Shown one piece after another: positions 1 through 14,000 of a stretch of DNA of 64,000 nt (positions within the stretch are counted from its first letter, which is position 1; the number at the start of each line of letters is the position of its first letter). The stretch is from Eremomyces bilateralis CBS 781.70 (taxonomy: Eukaryota), in the NCBI GenBank assembly GCA_010015585.1, contig ML975161.1; one strand, 5' to 3'. A program made the position numbers and the translations under genes. The notes under the pieces are model-generated. The model did no database searches and was not told the origin of the DNA. It saw only the letters and a program-made list of their open reading frames with translations.

Positions 1-270
1 TTAGATGTATCTAATTACATATTGAATATCGCGATATCATTTCGTGCATTGTGTGGGGCAGTGCACGAGGTGGGGAAAACCTATAATTGAAATGTCAATG
101 GATCCAGGCACGGCAATTATATTGGTACAGAAGACAACCACGGGAGAGCTCATACGAAATTTAAGCATACCCTAATTCTCATCTATACTGGTTCATGCCC
201 TATCTAAATGCTACTTCACAACTATCTTACAAAACCCCTATCTACAATATATACACAATCCCGCCTCTCC

Positions 271-2663
271 TTAACTCGGTACCCCCTCATACTCCCCCAA
301 CCCATCAACATCCCTCTTTCCCCGCCGCCTCTTCATCCTTCGATTCGCCGCACATTTCACAAACACTGTCAACGCCGTCACTACAAACACAATCACACTC
401 GCCACCACCGGCACGATCACCGCCTGCGACGTCTCCTCCTCCGCCCCCTCATACGGACACGTCTCATTCCGCCCTCCGACCACCCAGCAATCCGCCCTAT
501 CGATGGAGTTGAACGCTAACCATACCTGCGCATCTCCCGCGATGTCCTCGTCCAGGTCCGCGGCGCGCGTGGCCGCTTCCGCCGCGGTATAGAGGTAGTT
601 GTTCTCGAGGCCCGTGCGCGGAACGTCGAAGGCGGCAGAGCGGTCGAGGTCATCGCAGGCGGAGAAGGCGGAGTCGAAAGGGTCGAGGGAGGAGGTGACG
701 AGCCAGTTGTAAGGGGCGTGGGAGACGCGGCAGGCGGAGCGATGGGAGGTGGCGCAGTCGGCGGGGAGCCAGTGGCCGGAGTGGGTGAGGGAGAGGACGG
801 CACAGCGGAGGGGGCTGGCGGGGTTGTCAAAAGGGGGGAGGATAGGGTCGTCGGTGAGGGAGACGGTGTCGTTGTCGAGGGAGTCGGGGGCCCAGGACCA
901 AGAGGCGCTGAGGGCGAGACGTTGGTAGGGGAGGGGGGAGGAAGCGGTGGTGGAGTTGGTGAGGGCGGTGTTGAGGAGGGGGGAGATGCCGCAGATGGTG
1001 AGGTTGGAGATGGAGGGGGAGAGGGGGTAGGGGGTGTTTTGGGTGGAGTCGAGATCCGTGGTGGGGAAGTCGGCGGTCACAGCCCAGGAGTTGTTGACTT
1101 GGGCGATCGATGTGTCTTCGGAGTCGAAGAAGCAACCGCTGGAGATCATACCGGCGGCGTCGAAGCTCGTTTCCCGTCCGGACTTGAGATAGTTCGAAGG
1201 GAAGACGGTGTCCATGTCGAAGGCCGGGTCATAGTCCGACATCTCGGGATCGATCTCCCCGAATTCAGCTAGCAGTCGGATCGCCCGCTGAAACACGATG
1301 ATTTCTTCGCTGGGCCAGCCATCGGGAGTGGTAAAGATGCCGGTTGGTGTTTTTTCCACCGTCATGTACTCCCAATTCGGCTGACTCGCTAACGGTAACG
1401 CCCACCACGAGGCATTCAAATTTCTTCTTTCACGTTCCAGGGTTTGGGGGGTATACAAGAATGATGACAGATTGTTGTTCAACGTCGCTGTCAACGACTC
1501 GTTTGCGCGAGGTAAGTTAGATCCTGTTACGCTCGACGGGGTCCTTTCAAAGTCATCCGAAGTGGCAGCGGCGTGTATATTCAGTGTCAAATACGACATG
1601 CTGGCATCCAGGGTATTGGAGGTGTTCCAAAGATATTGGGAGAAAACTTCCCCTATCAAATGAAGGTCGAGGTCGCCCGTACAATCGTAAGGCCCGAGCC
1701 GGTAGACCTCCTCGCCCGTCAAGGGGTCCAGCCGCCGTGTTGGGTTGGCCGGAGGCGCAGACGCCTCGACGACCATGCCATTCGAAGAAACCGACGATAC
1801 AGAAGAGGCTCTAGATGGCTCGGTAGTGGGACTCTGGACGTCATCACCATTGCCAGCGGACGTACTGGAAACCGCTTGACGACGCACCACCACGCCATCC
1901 TCCCCGCCCCGCGCACCTCGCCGCTCCACCCCCTCTCTCGACTCCGGCATCAATCCATCCAACACCACACTCGACAATGACGGCCGCGCCGTGCTCTGCG
2001 GCATGGTTGGGCCACCCGCATCCGCATCGACCTTCCAGCTGGGGAGTCGCGCCGGGCAGAGGCTCCATTTCTGGCGTGGAGGGTCCCAATAGAGATCAAT
2101 AATGAAGCGTCTGAAGCCGGAGGCGAGGAGGTTGGAGAGGCAGTTCGCGCCGATGGATGGGAGGAATTGGTTGTCTGGGAAGCAGGCGGCGGCGAGGGAG
2201 ATGCCAGGTTTGGTGAGGTAGTTGATGGGGATGTCGAGGGAGAGGTCCCGTTCGGACTGTGAGGGAGTGTGTTAGTTTTGCGTTCGTGAAACCGTAAAGC
2301 GAATTCTCCTTCTCTTTTCAGCTAATACAATTTCTCAATGGGCAAGTTCACACTTCGAGTTGGGTATGGTTGGATGGTGAGGCGCCAAGGCTCGCGATCG
2401 TCCGTATGGTATCGGCTGAGCATGAGATGTGAATGCGCCGATCAAAATCATCGACAATCGTCCATGAATCACACAAAACACACAACATAGGATCTTTTGT
2501 TCGAAGGAAAGACTCCGATATCATAATCTCCAAAAAAGAAATATCGCGTATGATGACGTCCACGAATTGTGTTTGAAATACTCACCCGAAGCACTGTCGC
2601 CCACGATGAAGGCAACCATGCCTCATCGCTGGGCTCGAACAGTGGCCTATCTCTTTCCCCCAT
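271..2663 (-). CDS. MTC6: Maintenance of telomere capping protein 6-like type I membrane protein, ~687 aa; exons 2663-2586 and 2256-271
   Basis: Exon 1 MGERDRP...WATVLR ends at a GTGAGT donor (2585); the intron ends CTAACACACTCCCTCACAG (2257). Exon 2 starts SERDLSLDIPINYLTKPGISLAAACF and is in frame with ORF 271..2004. Recognised Mtc6-family features: GWPSE, CGISPLLN, SWSWAP, Cys-rich lectin-like region, FDVPRTGLEN, VWLAFNSIDRADCWV, C-terminal TM helix, FVKCAANRR and the terminal YEGVPS. Confidence 0.85.
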
Positions 2664-3663
2664 TGAGCCGTAATATGCGACAATAGTCTATTCACATATC
2701 GCTGTTAAATATTCCCTAATATTGTCGCCGGATGACGACGGAATCGCGACCTGAGATGACAGTATCAGTGGAATTGGCCAATCACATCGCGTGGATCTCT
2801 CGGGCTGGAATCTTGATGCCTCATGATACTTCCAGTTCCGTTACTGCCTTATTGATATCTCATCTCATCTTAGCCCAAGCCCAGGCCTTGTTGCCCAGCC
2901 TTGCGGTTTTCTAGGTCGACGGGACCAAAGGTTCCATCTTGCGATTTACCGATGAATAAACTCCCACGCGAGATGCAGATCCACTGTCGCGGGTCATTAG
3001 TCTCCCAGATTTTCGTAGCTCCCTTAAGTTTCGATGGAACCGTATTGAAGATAGCATCTCACACAACCTTTGGTCGGTGATCTGGGCGAGTTTTGCTTGG
3101 AAAGGAGACCCTGGTGAGAAGGGAGTCGACGGGAAGTCTTTGTTAGCTCGGCAATACCAGGAGATACAAGGCTGGTGATAGTGAAATAACACGAGGAAGG
3201 AAGGAACTCTAGATGAGGGAGAGGTTGAATGATTGTCGGATTATCGTCGTCAATAGGTATATACAAATGCCGCCGAAATAATGCTTGGATATCACTCACG
3301 CCGCCCTTTGAACGCCTTGTTTCGTCCTCCCATTTGCCCATTGATTTACCCTTCCGTCTTCCGTCCTCATGTCGAGGAGCGTCCCATATCCATATCCGAA
3401 GCAGCCCATGCCCAAGTAACTTCCATCGCTTCAAAAGTCGCTTTCCCCATACCCAAATTCCGGTATCCCATGATCGAATCAATGATTAAAAGAAAACTGT
3501 TGTTCCCCGCGCCGGAGGAGTGGAAGCGATCCAAGTCGCGAAACCGAAAATCCAAGAAACTAAAAACCAGGCCCATATCCAACCCCATGCTAAAACCGAC
3601 GGTGATTAATCCAACAAATGGAACCTTTTCAATGAGCGGGCGCTGATGCTGACTTAATACAGA

Positions 3664-4788
3664 TCATGAAACGATATGCGAAAGCTTCAGCCGATCGTCA
3701 TTCCCGCCGCTCAGGATATTCAGGAGCGGAGGTAACTTCAGCATCGGATCCAGTGGCGGCGAGGCCGTCATGACGGCCGTCGGAGTAGGTTGGTACTGCA
3801 TATTTGGTGTCCGAGATTGTGTGGTTGGCACCGGCGGAGGTAAAACGGGCTGCTGCATCGTCTCGGTGGGAGGGCCGGGGTAATGAAGGCACTCTTTGAG
3901 CGACTCGGGAGTTAGGGTCGGTGGCTCGGATTTTGAGGGCTGTGCCGAGTGCGAGGGGTAAGGAAGCGACATGTGGGAGCCGTGGGAGCCATGGGAGGCG
4001 AGCGAGCCGCGGCGGTCGCTGAGTTGTGAGGACGGGGACCAGTAGTCCTGGAATGAGGGACTGTTTGCTGGAGTGTAGAGGTCGGATCCCGATTGCTTGG
4101 TTGGGGAGGGGTATGGGGATGAGACGTAGTTTTGCGAGGGCGCGAGGTTCAATGGCGGTGGCCGCTGCGCGGTGTAGCCGCGAGAATGTTGCGGGACAAT
4201 AGAAGGGAGAGTTTGCGGGCGCATGGTGTGGTTTGGGACCGCCGGTCGCTGTTCCGCACCTGCTGGGTACTGGGACTCGAATTGCTGCTCGAAGGCCACA
4301 TGTGGAAGCTGAGCTGGTAGCCGCTGTTGCTGAGTGTGGTTCATTTCGTACTGCGCCACTGAAGCAGATCGTCGGTGCCCGGTGCCGCTGTGTGTACGGC
4401 TCTCTTGGCGCTTGTAGCGGTTGACTTTTCCGTTCCAGTAGTTCTTCACAAGGTTGTCGCTGCGGTTGCCGAGTTCCCGTGCGATTTTCGCCCAGGCGGT
4501 TCCATATTGACGATACAACTGATCGACACGGATCTCTTCCTCAGGATTGAGAGGGCTGTGGTTCAGCGTAGGATCAAGGTTTTGCGACCATCGTTCTCTA
4601 CATTGCTTGGCGTTCCGCGTCACGACATGAGTCGCAATTTCGGTCCATTTGAGATCCTTGATTTGGAGTCTCCGGTAGTAGTCTGGCCAGCTGGAATAGC
4701 CGGGGTGATATCCAACATGCTTTTGGATAGAGCAGCGGAGACGGGAGTCTTCCTCGCTCGTCCAAGGACCACGTTTGTTGGGCGCCAT
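3664..4788 (-). CDS. flbD: Two-repeat Myb DNA-binding transcription factor, FlbD-like, 374 aa, single coding exon
   Basis: MAPNKRGPWTSEED...RNAKQCRERWSQNLDPTLN...WAKIARELGNRSDNLVKNYWNG matches the FlbD/RCA-1 Myb N-terminus. It is followed by a Q/P/S-rich activation-type tail. The ORF-track extension to 4974 lies within a 5' UTR intron, so the ATG at 4788 is preferred. Confidence 0.85.
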   Translation of the reverse strand: MAPNKRGPWTSEEDSRLRCSIQKHVGYHPGYSSWPDYYRRLQIKDLKWTEIATHVVTRNAKQCRERWSQNLDPTLNHSPLNPEEEIRVDQLYRQYGTAWAKIARELGNRSDNLVKNYWNGKVNRYKRQESRTHSGTGHRRSASVAQYEMNHTQQQRLPAQLPHVAFEQQFESQYPAGAEQRPAVPNHTMRPQTLPSIVPQHSRGYTAQRPPPLNLAPSQNYVSSPYPSPTKQSGSDLYTPANSPSFQDYWSPSSQLSDRRGSLASHGSHGSHMSLPYPSHSAQPSKSEPPTLTPESLKECLHYPGPPTETMQQPVLPPPVPTTQSRTPNMQYQPTPTAVMTASPPLDPMLKLPPLLNILSGGNDDRLKLSHIVS

Positions 4789-4793
4789 GTGGT

Positions 4794-5051
4794 CTGCAAA
4801 CGCTATATGGCAACAGCAGTTAGCTAGTTGGTCGTCGTTACTGACATGCCCCGTCTCGAGAACCGTAGGCGAATTAAAGAAATAAGTGTCCGTCTCCATC
4901 TTGTCGCAACGAAACGCCCTTGTTGCGGGGTTGAGTTGGAGCGAAGAGAGATATGAATAGGAAGAATCGCGCAAGTATTAGGCCCGATAGTCGAGCAAAG
5001 CTGATAAGACAAGAGAATAGCGTACAACAGAGTGAACACTTGGAAGAGTAC
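4794..5051 (-). other. Probable 5' UTR intron of the Myb gene
   Basis: On the minus strand: CAG|GTACTC donor at 5051, GCTAAC branch site at 4824-4819, and TTTGCAG acceptor ending 5 nt upstream of the ATG. Confidence 0.6.
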
Positions 5052-8000
5052 CTGTGAGTGCGTTGTAAAGAATGGTGAGTTGCCAGTTGGATGTGAGGTA
5101 GGCAAGAGCCACCAGACACTTGCAGAGGGCGTTGATTTATAAACGATAGACAGGAACTTTCAAGTTTTGTTCGAAGGCTATGAATATCCACTGAATATTC
5201 AAATCGAAAATTGGGATGATGGAGCCCATACGACCCTCATTACAGAACGAAAGACACGACTGAGGAGAAGCAAATTTCCCACGAACCTTGTAACCACGGC
5301 TTTCGAGAACGGAATATTTGCGAATATTTTCGAATATTTTCTTGAATTTCCACGGTAAGGACAATTGAAATTTGAAAATAGCACGGGATTCGTTGCGAGA
5401 GTTGGTAAAGACTGATAGTTTGGTTCGCAACGGTGAACCGCTCAGTTGCGTTGACTGAATGCTCAGTCTCGGAAGGGACGGTGTGAGGAATATAACGGTT
5501 CAGGTGAGACTGGTGAGGAGAGTCGGGTAACAGAACCAATTAATCGAACAGGAGGATATCTCATAAATAACTCTGGGACTGGAACACGCTGAGTCCTGTC
5601 GACTTGCGGCGCAACGAGGCGTCAATTCAAGCGCTTGGTTTATTGAAGATGAAATAAGGATCAGGCCAGGAAGTCGATGGGAACGTGGGCATGGAGGAGC
5701 ATATGGGCTAATGGGCAGGGAGAAGAGGCCAGACGCAAGTTCATAACGGGAAATCTTGACCAGCACATCCCATCCGGGGCCTAGTTAAGTGGCATGCTTG
5801 ACGTAGAAAAACAGTTTGGATCGAGGGTCAAAGAGGCACCCAGACCAGATTGGGCCTGTTGGACGATGCGGCGGCGCTTGAATGGGTACGGCTAGGTAGG
5901 CCCTTGTTACTAGAAGCGGGAATGCCCAGGGCACTCCGATCGAGTGGTGACGAGGGGGTGCGGGTCAGAGGGGGGAGGGGGGGCGGTTATGGTGATGACA
6001 GATGAGTGGTGAAGGCGATGGGACGGACCCATTTTCGATGGTCAACCCCGTCGAGCATGAGGCTGGATGATGTGCAAGCGTGCGCAACCAAATCTTCACT
6101 AAAAGAATTGTGTCGTCGATTTCCAGCCCGTCTCAGAAAGGCCGGACCACACCCCAGGACCCCAGGTACAGATGGTGGTGGAGTGGTGGAGCGGTGCTGC
6201 GGTGGAGGTGATCCAATACCAGAAGTGAGATTGATTAAGGGGAATCGCCCCAATAACCAGGGTCAGTCAAGTCAGTCAGCCATGCAATACGGATTTCGCC
6301 TCCAGTCGGGGCTAGGAATTCCACTCCCGCTATTAGTTGCAGGGGAGATGATATCAAAGGAACTCCAAGCACGAAGAGGCTCTAATATTAAGTCAATTCC
6401 GCAGCGCCCTCAAAACAAAGACGTGGTAATATTCAATATTGGTTAGAGGAACCGAGAATCAGGGTGTTGAATGCTGGAATGAGGCGGAATTAGAGGCGGA
6501 ATTAGAGAGTGTGGGGTTTCGGACATCAGTAATGCGGTAATCAGGTTAGGCCTATTCATCGGACCCGTAGACAAAGACTCCTCATTTACCCCGAACCACC
6601 CCATCAACAAGGCTAACTGATCGTTTTCCAAACTTCCTCTCTTGACATTCCACACACGGGAACACAACATCAAGCCTCCTGGGTCGCAACGCAGCACATT
6701 GACCCAGATCTCTGGCACCTCTCCATGCCGCTGCGTTCACCCTGGTTGCACATCGCTCGTATTCCCGACCCGCCGTTTCAATCCTCTGCCGCTGCAGCTC
6801 CTTACATATTAATAATACATTCCTCATAGTCGGAACCGATGGCCTTGTGACTCCAAACGGTGTAGTCGCTGAGTGTTGGATTCTGTGCCACTGCTACGTG
6901 AAGCAAGGTTAGCATCCCTTCCAACATCCAAGCCGCAGAAGACCTGGAACCTCTTCGATCAATCAAAATGGCAAGCAATCCTCCCCTCTCGGTCCTGCAG
7001 CGCTTAGTAGGTTGCTCTAACAATTCCACTACCCGGCGCTCGCAGGCAGGTTCACAGCGGTAGGCGAAGATATCAGGTCCCTATGCTGGTCTAAATTTTA
7101 CTGTGTACCGCTATACAACTCTTCGCAAACCCTGCACGGAGTACTCCGTGTGGGATACCAAATAACCATAATCCCCTCCATTGACATCTCCAGGACCCAT
7201 CATATATGGCGCTATTAGCAATGGTTAATTCCGAAATATGATAACAGACACGGGAGAACAACATTGACCTGGGCGATCTTGGATTCCCGACCCGGAAAAA
7301 CCTGAGCCGTGTGCTCCCGCTTTTTGGAATGAAATGTCATAACGGCCGCCTTACCCTGTTCCTGGCCCATCCCTAGGCGCTAGGGGAGGCGAGAATCTCC
7401 CATCTCAAAAAGCCACCTTAACCAGTCTCTGATCGTCGTCCTTCATGTATCGATTTGGCTTCAATTCCCTCAGCAGGCAGCAGTGGTGGCACTACCTATT
7501 CACAGCGATCGAGTCCCGGCAATCAATTTACTTGTCACTTGGAAGAGGAATGCAACCACATCGTTTTCCAGGTTCGCAAGAATAGCATTATGACTGCCAA
7601 TCGATGTTTCCCAGCGTGTCCCGGCAACTTGGGCAAGCTGATGCCACAGCGGATACGTACAGTTCGTTGTTCAACACGCCGAAACACCACATGTTCCGGT
7701 TTTCATATAGGCCGTTGCCCACCCACTGCATCCTGGATCCGGGTCCCTGGGCTTGCCACCATCCCTAAAGCTGGACGCGGGACCGCCTGTAAGACGGGAC
7801 TGCCTGACAGGGTTTGGGATTCTGTAATGCGAGGAATCATCCAATTTCTTCGCCTCCCATTCCCGAGACAGGGTCGTAGGATGCAGGAAATCCGCTTGTC
7901 AGGATGGAACACCCTCGCCCCCGAACCTCCTGGCGAGCAAGGCCACCGTCCCGTGTATCCGCTCAAGCCTGCCGCGATGTGGATGGCTCCACGGCATCAA

Positions 8001-11000
8001 TCAATGAGACAAAAATAAGCAATTTCCAATATCGCTGGAAAATTTCTGGCCAAGCTCGATGTTACGATGTCACTTGGAAAATCAGAAGGCGATGGCGTAG
8101 ATTATTGGACGACCGATGGAATTCGCCGGACGCAATTTCTTTTGTCCCAGGATCCAATATGATATGGGATGGCTTTGCAGGTCAGGCGAACCGAAATCTA
8201 ATATCGGCTTAGTCTAGGGAGATCTGGCAGACCACGTTTTTTTAGCGAAGGGGGCGCAACGGTCGGTAGATCAATCACCGCACGAGTCACTGGCCACCCT
8301 GAAGCACGGGACTCCGGGTTTTGCTGCCTGGTGGCCTGCTCCCCCTTTCCACTAGCTTTGTCAGTCGCTTACCGTAGTAATTATTGAACCAGACAGGCGC
8401 ACTTGAATGAAGTTTTGAAGTCTGAACAAACCTTGTGGTTTACACACAAGGACATCAAATCTCTCGTTTCAAGAGCAGATTGTTTTGTTCAATCGCCGCA
8501 AAATCCAGGACGACTCAATTTCGATGCCGTCATAACAGCATGGTCAACCAATCGCGCCGATCCCCATTGACAACGTGGACATTCTTTTTCCTGACATGAA
8601 TCATACGAAGTGGGCTCTTGCCTCTCGATCGCTGATTTCGCGCCATCTCTTAAGCACACGGTAAGCGCGCACTTTCCACTTTGCGGTTTGGTGAGTTGGC
8701 CGGCGGAGCGACGGTTGAACTGAAACTCCGATCATGTGTCCACAGTGTCGAGCGTTGAGTTCCCACTAACCAGGGTGCCTGGCAGGAGGCCCAAGTGACA
8801 AGCAAGCAATCGATCGACCAACGCCTTTTCTGGCAATTACCCCTGAATCCCCTTGTCGAGTTTCAATTTCTAGGAAAAATGACAGCGAAGCAGAAACAAA
8901 GAGTAGGGCAGCGATGAGCGAAGGGCAAAGGCACCGAACACTTGGCGCCAACGTGTTGGGTATTTCCTAAAGAGGTGTGTGTTAACCACACCTAAATCTA
9001 AAGCCGGCCAATGAGAAAGCCAATCAGAAATACAAATCATTCGGCGCTAGCATCGACGCCGGTTCCAGCGGACGGGCCACCGATCGTTGTCAAACTGGGT
9101 CCTTCGCCCGTCCCATTCGGGCTGCGGTTGTGGCTTTACCAGCCGTTTTTGGACCCCCTATGCCCGACGATTCGAGCAACCGGAGCTACAGGCTGCGTAC
9201 CATTCGATGGTCAAGAGAACACTAGCTCGACCGGAGCAGGGGACGTTGGGGCAGGAGAGCCCGGACTGGCTGGCGAGCGTCTGAGCGAGGGTGACGTGGG
9301 CCGGGTTATCCCAATGGAGTAATGTCGAGCGAACTGGCATGGTGGCCCGAAGATCGTCCGGCTCGTTTGATCGGTTGATGTGGCAGCAGCGTGCTACTAT
9401 TAAACTGCCAAGTGCCAAACTGTCCGATGCTGGAGGCCGAGGAACATGGTGATATTGAATGTTTCTGGTAGTCATAGTTCGGAGCTCGCTAGTTGGTAAA
9501 AGCACGACGTGGGGGGAGCGCGCAAAAATGTTGATCAATTAGCGGTATCTGGCTACTCATTGTTGGGTCTCAAATTAGAGTTCGTCACTAGGATGGCACC
9601 AAGTTACGTTGATTCGCAAGCTATGGCTGAGCCGGTGGTGCTAGACAGAGCCGCATGCTGATTTCGGATTCGGGACGGCACAAACACGGGATGACTTCAG
9701 TCGAGCCGCGTTTTCGTATTTCAACTGGAGACGCCAAGGACGATTTGCGGGTTATAGACTCTGATACATCCCGTATTCAAGGAGTTTCCCGTGGTTCAGC
9801 TAGCGACTTTTCATGATCGCCCGCCTATCCCGGCGATATCCCTCTAGACTCGAGATTTGCTGTCGACGATTAACGACGAGATTTAGGATGCAGGCATTAT
9901 CCTACCAGCGTGGTTCGACATATTTCGAGTTTCGACGATAGTTTCCTCTTCTAGACCCGATAAAGGACATCGCTCCGGAAGCATTTACCTTTTCTGCCTA
10001 TCACGCAGAACCAAAATCGCTAGATGAGAGTACATCAAGCTGCGAACTGGGCCTCACGGGGACGCCGAGCCAGCCCCAGTCCGTCCGGGGGGGACCACAT
10101 GTGGCTGAAGAGATTCCAGAGCCCAGGATCGAAGCACGATGGGCGTTGTGTAATCTACGCCTGTTTAGTTCCCCCAGTCGATCCCACCATTCGTATGGAA
10201 CAAGGGGGTTTTCCAAACCATCGTCGCTTAACGTTTGCCTGTTTTCATGAAAGCGTTATCCCAACACTAGCAGTCCAGCACTACTACGTACAGGGTCCGA
10301 TTTCCATCTGGGCGGGAGAAGGATCTCCGACGCCGCCGAATGGGCCAACGGTCTTTCGACTTTCAGCCTTCAGGGCTTCCTGCCTCTCACGGCTCACCAC
10401 AATAGTGGAGCCCCCAGATCCTGATACTGCCGAAAGCGGGATAAGGCCAATGGCGCAGAGGCTGAACCTTGCTTGCGAAGTTTCAACCCACCCTAATCCG
10501 CCGAGGTGCAGCATCGCAAAGCACGTATCGAGTAATCAATATCTATTGCGGGCATTGCCCTACTCGAAACGGTCGTGGCGCCTGGTCAGACCGCGGCATC
10601 TCAGCTGGGTTCAACGGTGACCACCACACCCGATGTGGCAGTCAGCTCAACATGGATAGGCGACTATCAGGACATGCGTCCAGGCCTGGCGAGGGCAAAA
10701 TGCCTGTATCCTCATGGCATCTTCTGGAGTTTCAAAGTACAACTTCGAATGTTTCCGAAGCTTCTGCACCGTGTCTATCAGTTGGTTTAGGATCCGACAA
10801 AGATGTCTCGGTCGCCTCCGCGAGCCTCAGTTTAGCTGAATGCTGGCATTCAAGCTAACTATCCGTTCAACAGGCCTATTCGCCCCGGTGATACGTAGTA
10901 GGATGCTGGCGGAGACTTTCCAAGGTTTGGTTCGGTATGCTTACATACATTTACTTCGCAGTAGCCCCTCCTTGCAGGATGCAGTCGTACCGGGAAATTG

Positions 11001-14000
11001 GAACAGAAGCTATTCGTAGCATTCTGTGCAACGTCCCAGTCTCTACGGTGACGCATCAACGAGGAGAGGGCCAAAAACATTCCCGAAGGACACTTTAAGC
11101 TTCAGAGTTCAAAATTTCGCCGGTATCATCCTCGTGGATTCATTTTCTTCCCATCGCCTTCCACAGGGAACAGTACGACCGTTACACAGGAGGTTTATGC
11201 TATTGATGGGAGGGTCCAACACCCAATGAGTGTGCTGTCCCTTTTGTGCGACACATCTACCACTCCCTTGGGTCCTAAGTTCACCGTACGAAGAGGGACC
11301 GCTTCGGCGACATATTCAATGAGGTTCCGGCTTCATGCTACATGGCTTCTGCATCCCCGGGTCCTCTCGAAAGTTACAAACGGTCGGTATTCCGTACAGT
11401 CTATTCCGTACAGACTATCGAGATCTGCGGAACCTCACTGAGCAAAGGAGATCGGATCGACTTTGACAGGTGACTGGCTCAACAGTCCGCACATCCCTTG
11501 GGTCTCATGTCGCATAAAGCATTGCGATTTGCAAGGTTACTAATTGCCAATTGATGTGCAGAAGTGATGTGATCCCATCAGACGCTTCTTTGACGTCGAG
11601 AAACGATTGGTCCCCCAACCAGGGTATTCCATACTGGTGCCTGGGGGTCATCAACCGCTAATCGGCATTCTGCAAAGACCGGCTGAAATAGCTCCCTGAA
11701 TCTGTAGCGTTTGTGCATGGTTGGGACTTGAAGCGACAAAACGATGCGCTTAATAGTGAATTTTGTTAAGCAGTGCTACTATCCGCCGTGGCGTCTGCAA
11801 GAGAGGCTTGTCCTGGGCTTCGAGAGCGGCCAGGCTCTTCCACACCTGTTTGGCAAGGCTGCAAACTCTCGGACATGGATCCTGGGAGACTCGGTTCTTG
11901 ACGACACGAGAAAAACACCATCGGCATGGGTCCGGAGACTTTAGCAAAAGTCGCCGGCCAACGCAACGAGAAAGCAAAATTCGTCCAACGTGTCTCGGGT
12001 TGAGGTTGGGCTAGGAATCTCCAGAGTTGATGAGCATCTGCACATCTTCCTCCAATCGTCATGGAGGAAAGAGAGGACCGGATGCCTGCACAGCTGACTG
12101 CGACGTTGAGACTTGAGACGACCATCTGGCTGTCGTGAGGCACAGCAAAGATATTCTTCACCTCCCCCCGTCCACAGCCTGTCCGAAGGAATGGACCACG
12201 ACTGTAGCTTCAATCCCCACCCCAACACCATCTTCCGATTTCCGAAGTCACAAAGTCCTATGAAGACGCATTGCGACTTGCCGGGTATGGATGAGTCGGT
12301 GGTATTAGTTGGTCTCAAGAAAAACTCTCCGCAATATGTTCCCCGCCCAGGAACTTCCCATGATTGCACCAAAGTCCAAAGGTCTTGGATATCTCCCAGC
12401 CTTCACGACTCACGGCCAACGTTTCTTTGCCTTGAACTCCGGCAACGGCGGACGACAACGGAAAGCCTCTGGCCGGCGACCCAGTTGAGCTCTTGGCTAT
12501 GGTAATTGGCAGGCCGGAGAACCATTTTGCCAAGGGACAGTAATTGACCATCGAGCGGCTCGCGGACCTTGTAGTGAAATGAAGCAATAACCGATCTTAC
12601 TTAGCGCCAGGCTATCACGATATCAAAACTGGGGTAAGCGGCCGGCGATATAGGTCTTTGGCAGCCAAGGACCACGATACATCCTAACTCCTAAGGGTAC
12701 GTTGGTATGTACCATCACAGGGAATGAAATATTGTGTATAAAGTTCGTATAAGCGCTGGGTTAGTGTATCCACTCTTATCGAGGACAGTGCACAAGTATT
12801 TGGAAAACTTCCAGCCATGAGGAAACGAACAACTGCTGGTCCAAAGATCACTGGCCTACTGGTAGCCTGTGCAACAGCCACCAGCGCTCCACTGTGGGTT
12901 TGTGGCAGCTCAGAATGCGAACGTCCATGTCAACATCGGCGGACGGAATGCGATGGAAATCATGTAGATCGTGGCTTTTTCGCGTGATCTGCTTTGAAGC
13001 TATTGATATTGTCGAAACGCAATCAGAATTGCTGTTTAAGGAAGGCCAGATATGAGGGCAACACGACCTTTCCCGAGGCTCGCAGTGGATGCAACGGACA
13101 AAGGGACCTGAACTGAACCGCTTTCGCTTTCAAGATTTACATTTCAAGCACCGGATGAATCTTGAGAGCGGTGTACCGGCGCTGGAACGATTCCGAACTA
13201 TATCCAGTGAACTGGAGCTATGATGGAGCTCTCAGAGGGTTCGAAAAGCATTGTCCAATCGATACGATATGGCCTAACTCCGCAATCCGATATACTAAGA
13301 TGGCCACGATTGGTACTACTGTGCATGTACCACGGCTGGCGAAGGACGATCTTGCCGCTTCCGGGTTTCGCCTGGGGACTTTTCGCAGGTATTGCGGGCA
13401 AGTATCAGTGCCTTCTTTTCGGTCTCTGCTCACACGTCCACGCCTCTCCAACGATCTTATCGGGACCGGACAAAATTCCCCTGAGTCAACCTAAAACATG
13501 CAGTCGAGACCATCGTCCAACCGTTGTGGGCTGGTTGAGAGACATCAAATGATGTATTCAAGGAATATCACAAGAAAACACTGCAGCGATCGATGTGTCG
13601 GACGGCTGTTGGCGGACAAGACGAACTGGATGTTTGGGAGAAAGATTGGCGACAACTGTGATCTGCCACTAATGCAGCTTACAGCCAATCAGAGCAGCGT
13701 TTGACCAACCTCCTCCAAGCCTTCACCGAAGTCGTGACGAATCGATGTTAAACAGTCGGTGCTTCCTTTGGACTATCTTCGATTGCATTGGATACGTAAT
13801 CTACATGTGTATCGACATCTCTCAGCTGTGTTGTTTCCATCCTGCAGAAAGGCTTCTTGGCCAGCTAGCATTGGTTCCTAGACATGTTGAGATCAGTCGG
13901 ACGCTTGCAGAATGCACGTACTCCTTTAGCGCCACTCCCTTTGAGAAGAACAGGCTCAGGATGTCAAGAGGGTTATCCTCTTTGGGATCGAGACATCGAC

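Noticed and set aside
2257..2585. 329-nt MTC6 intron as a possible snoRNA host
   Set aside because: No canonical RUGAUGA/CUGA pair with a terminal stem and no clear H/ACA architecture.
4789..4974. N-terminal extension of the Myb ORF in the ORF track
   Set aside because: Lies within a probable 5' UTR intron with branch site and acceptor just upstream of the MAPNKRGPW start.
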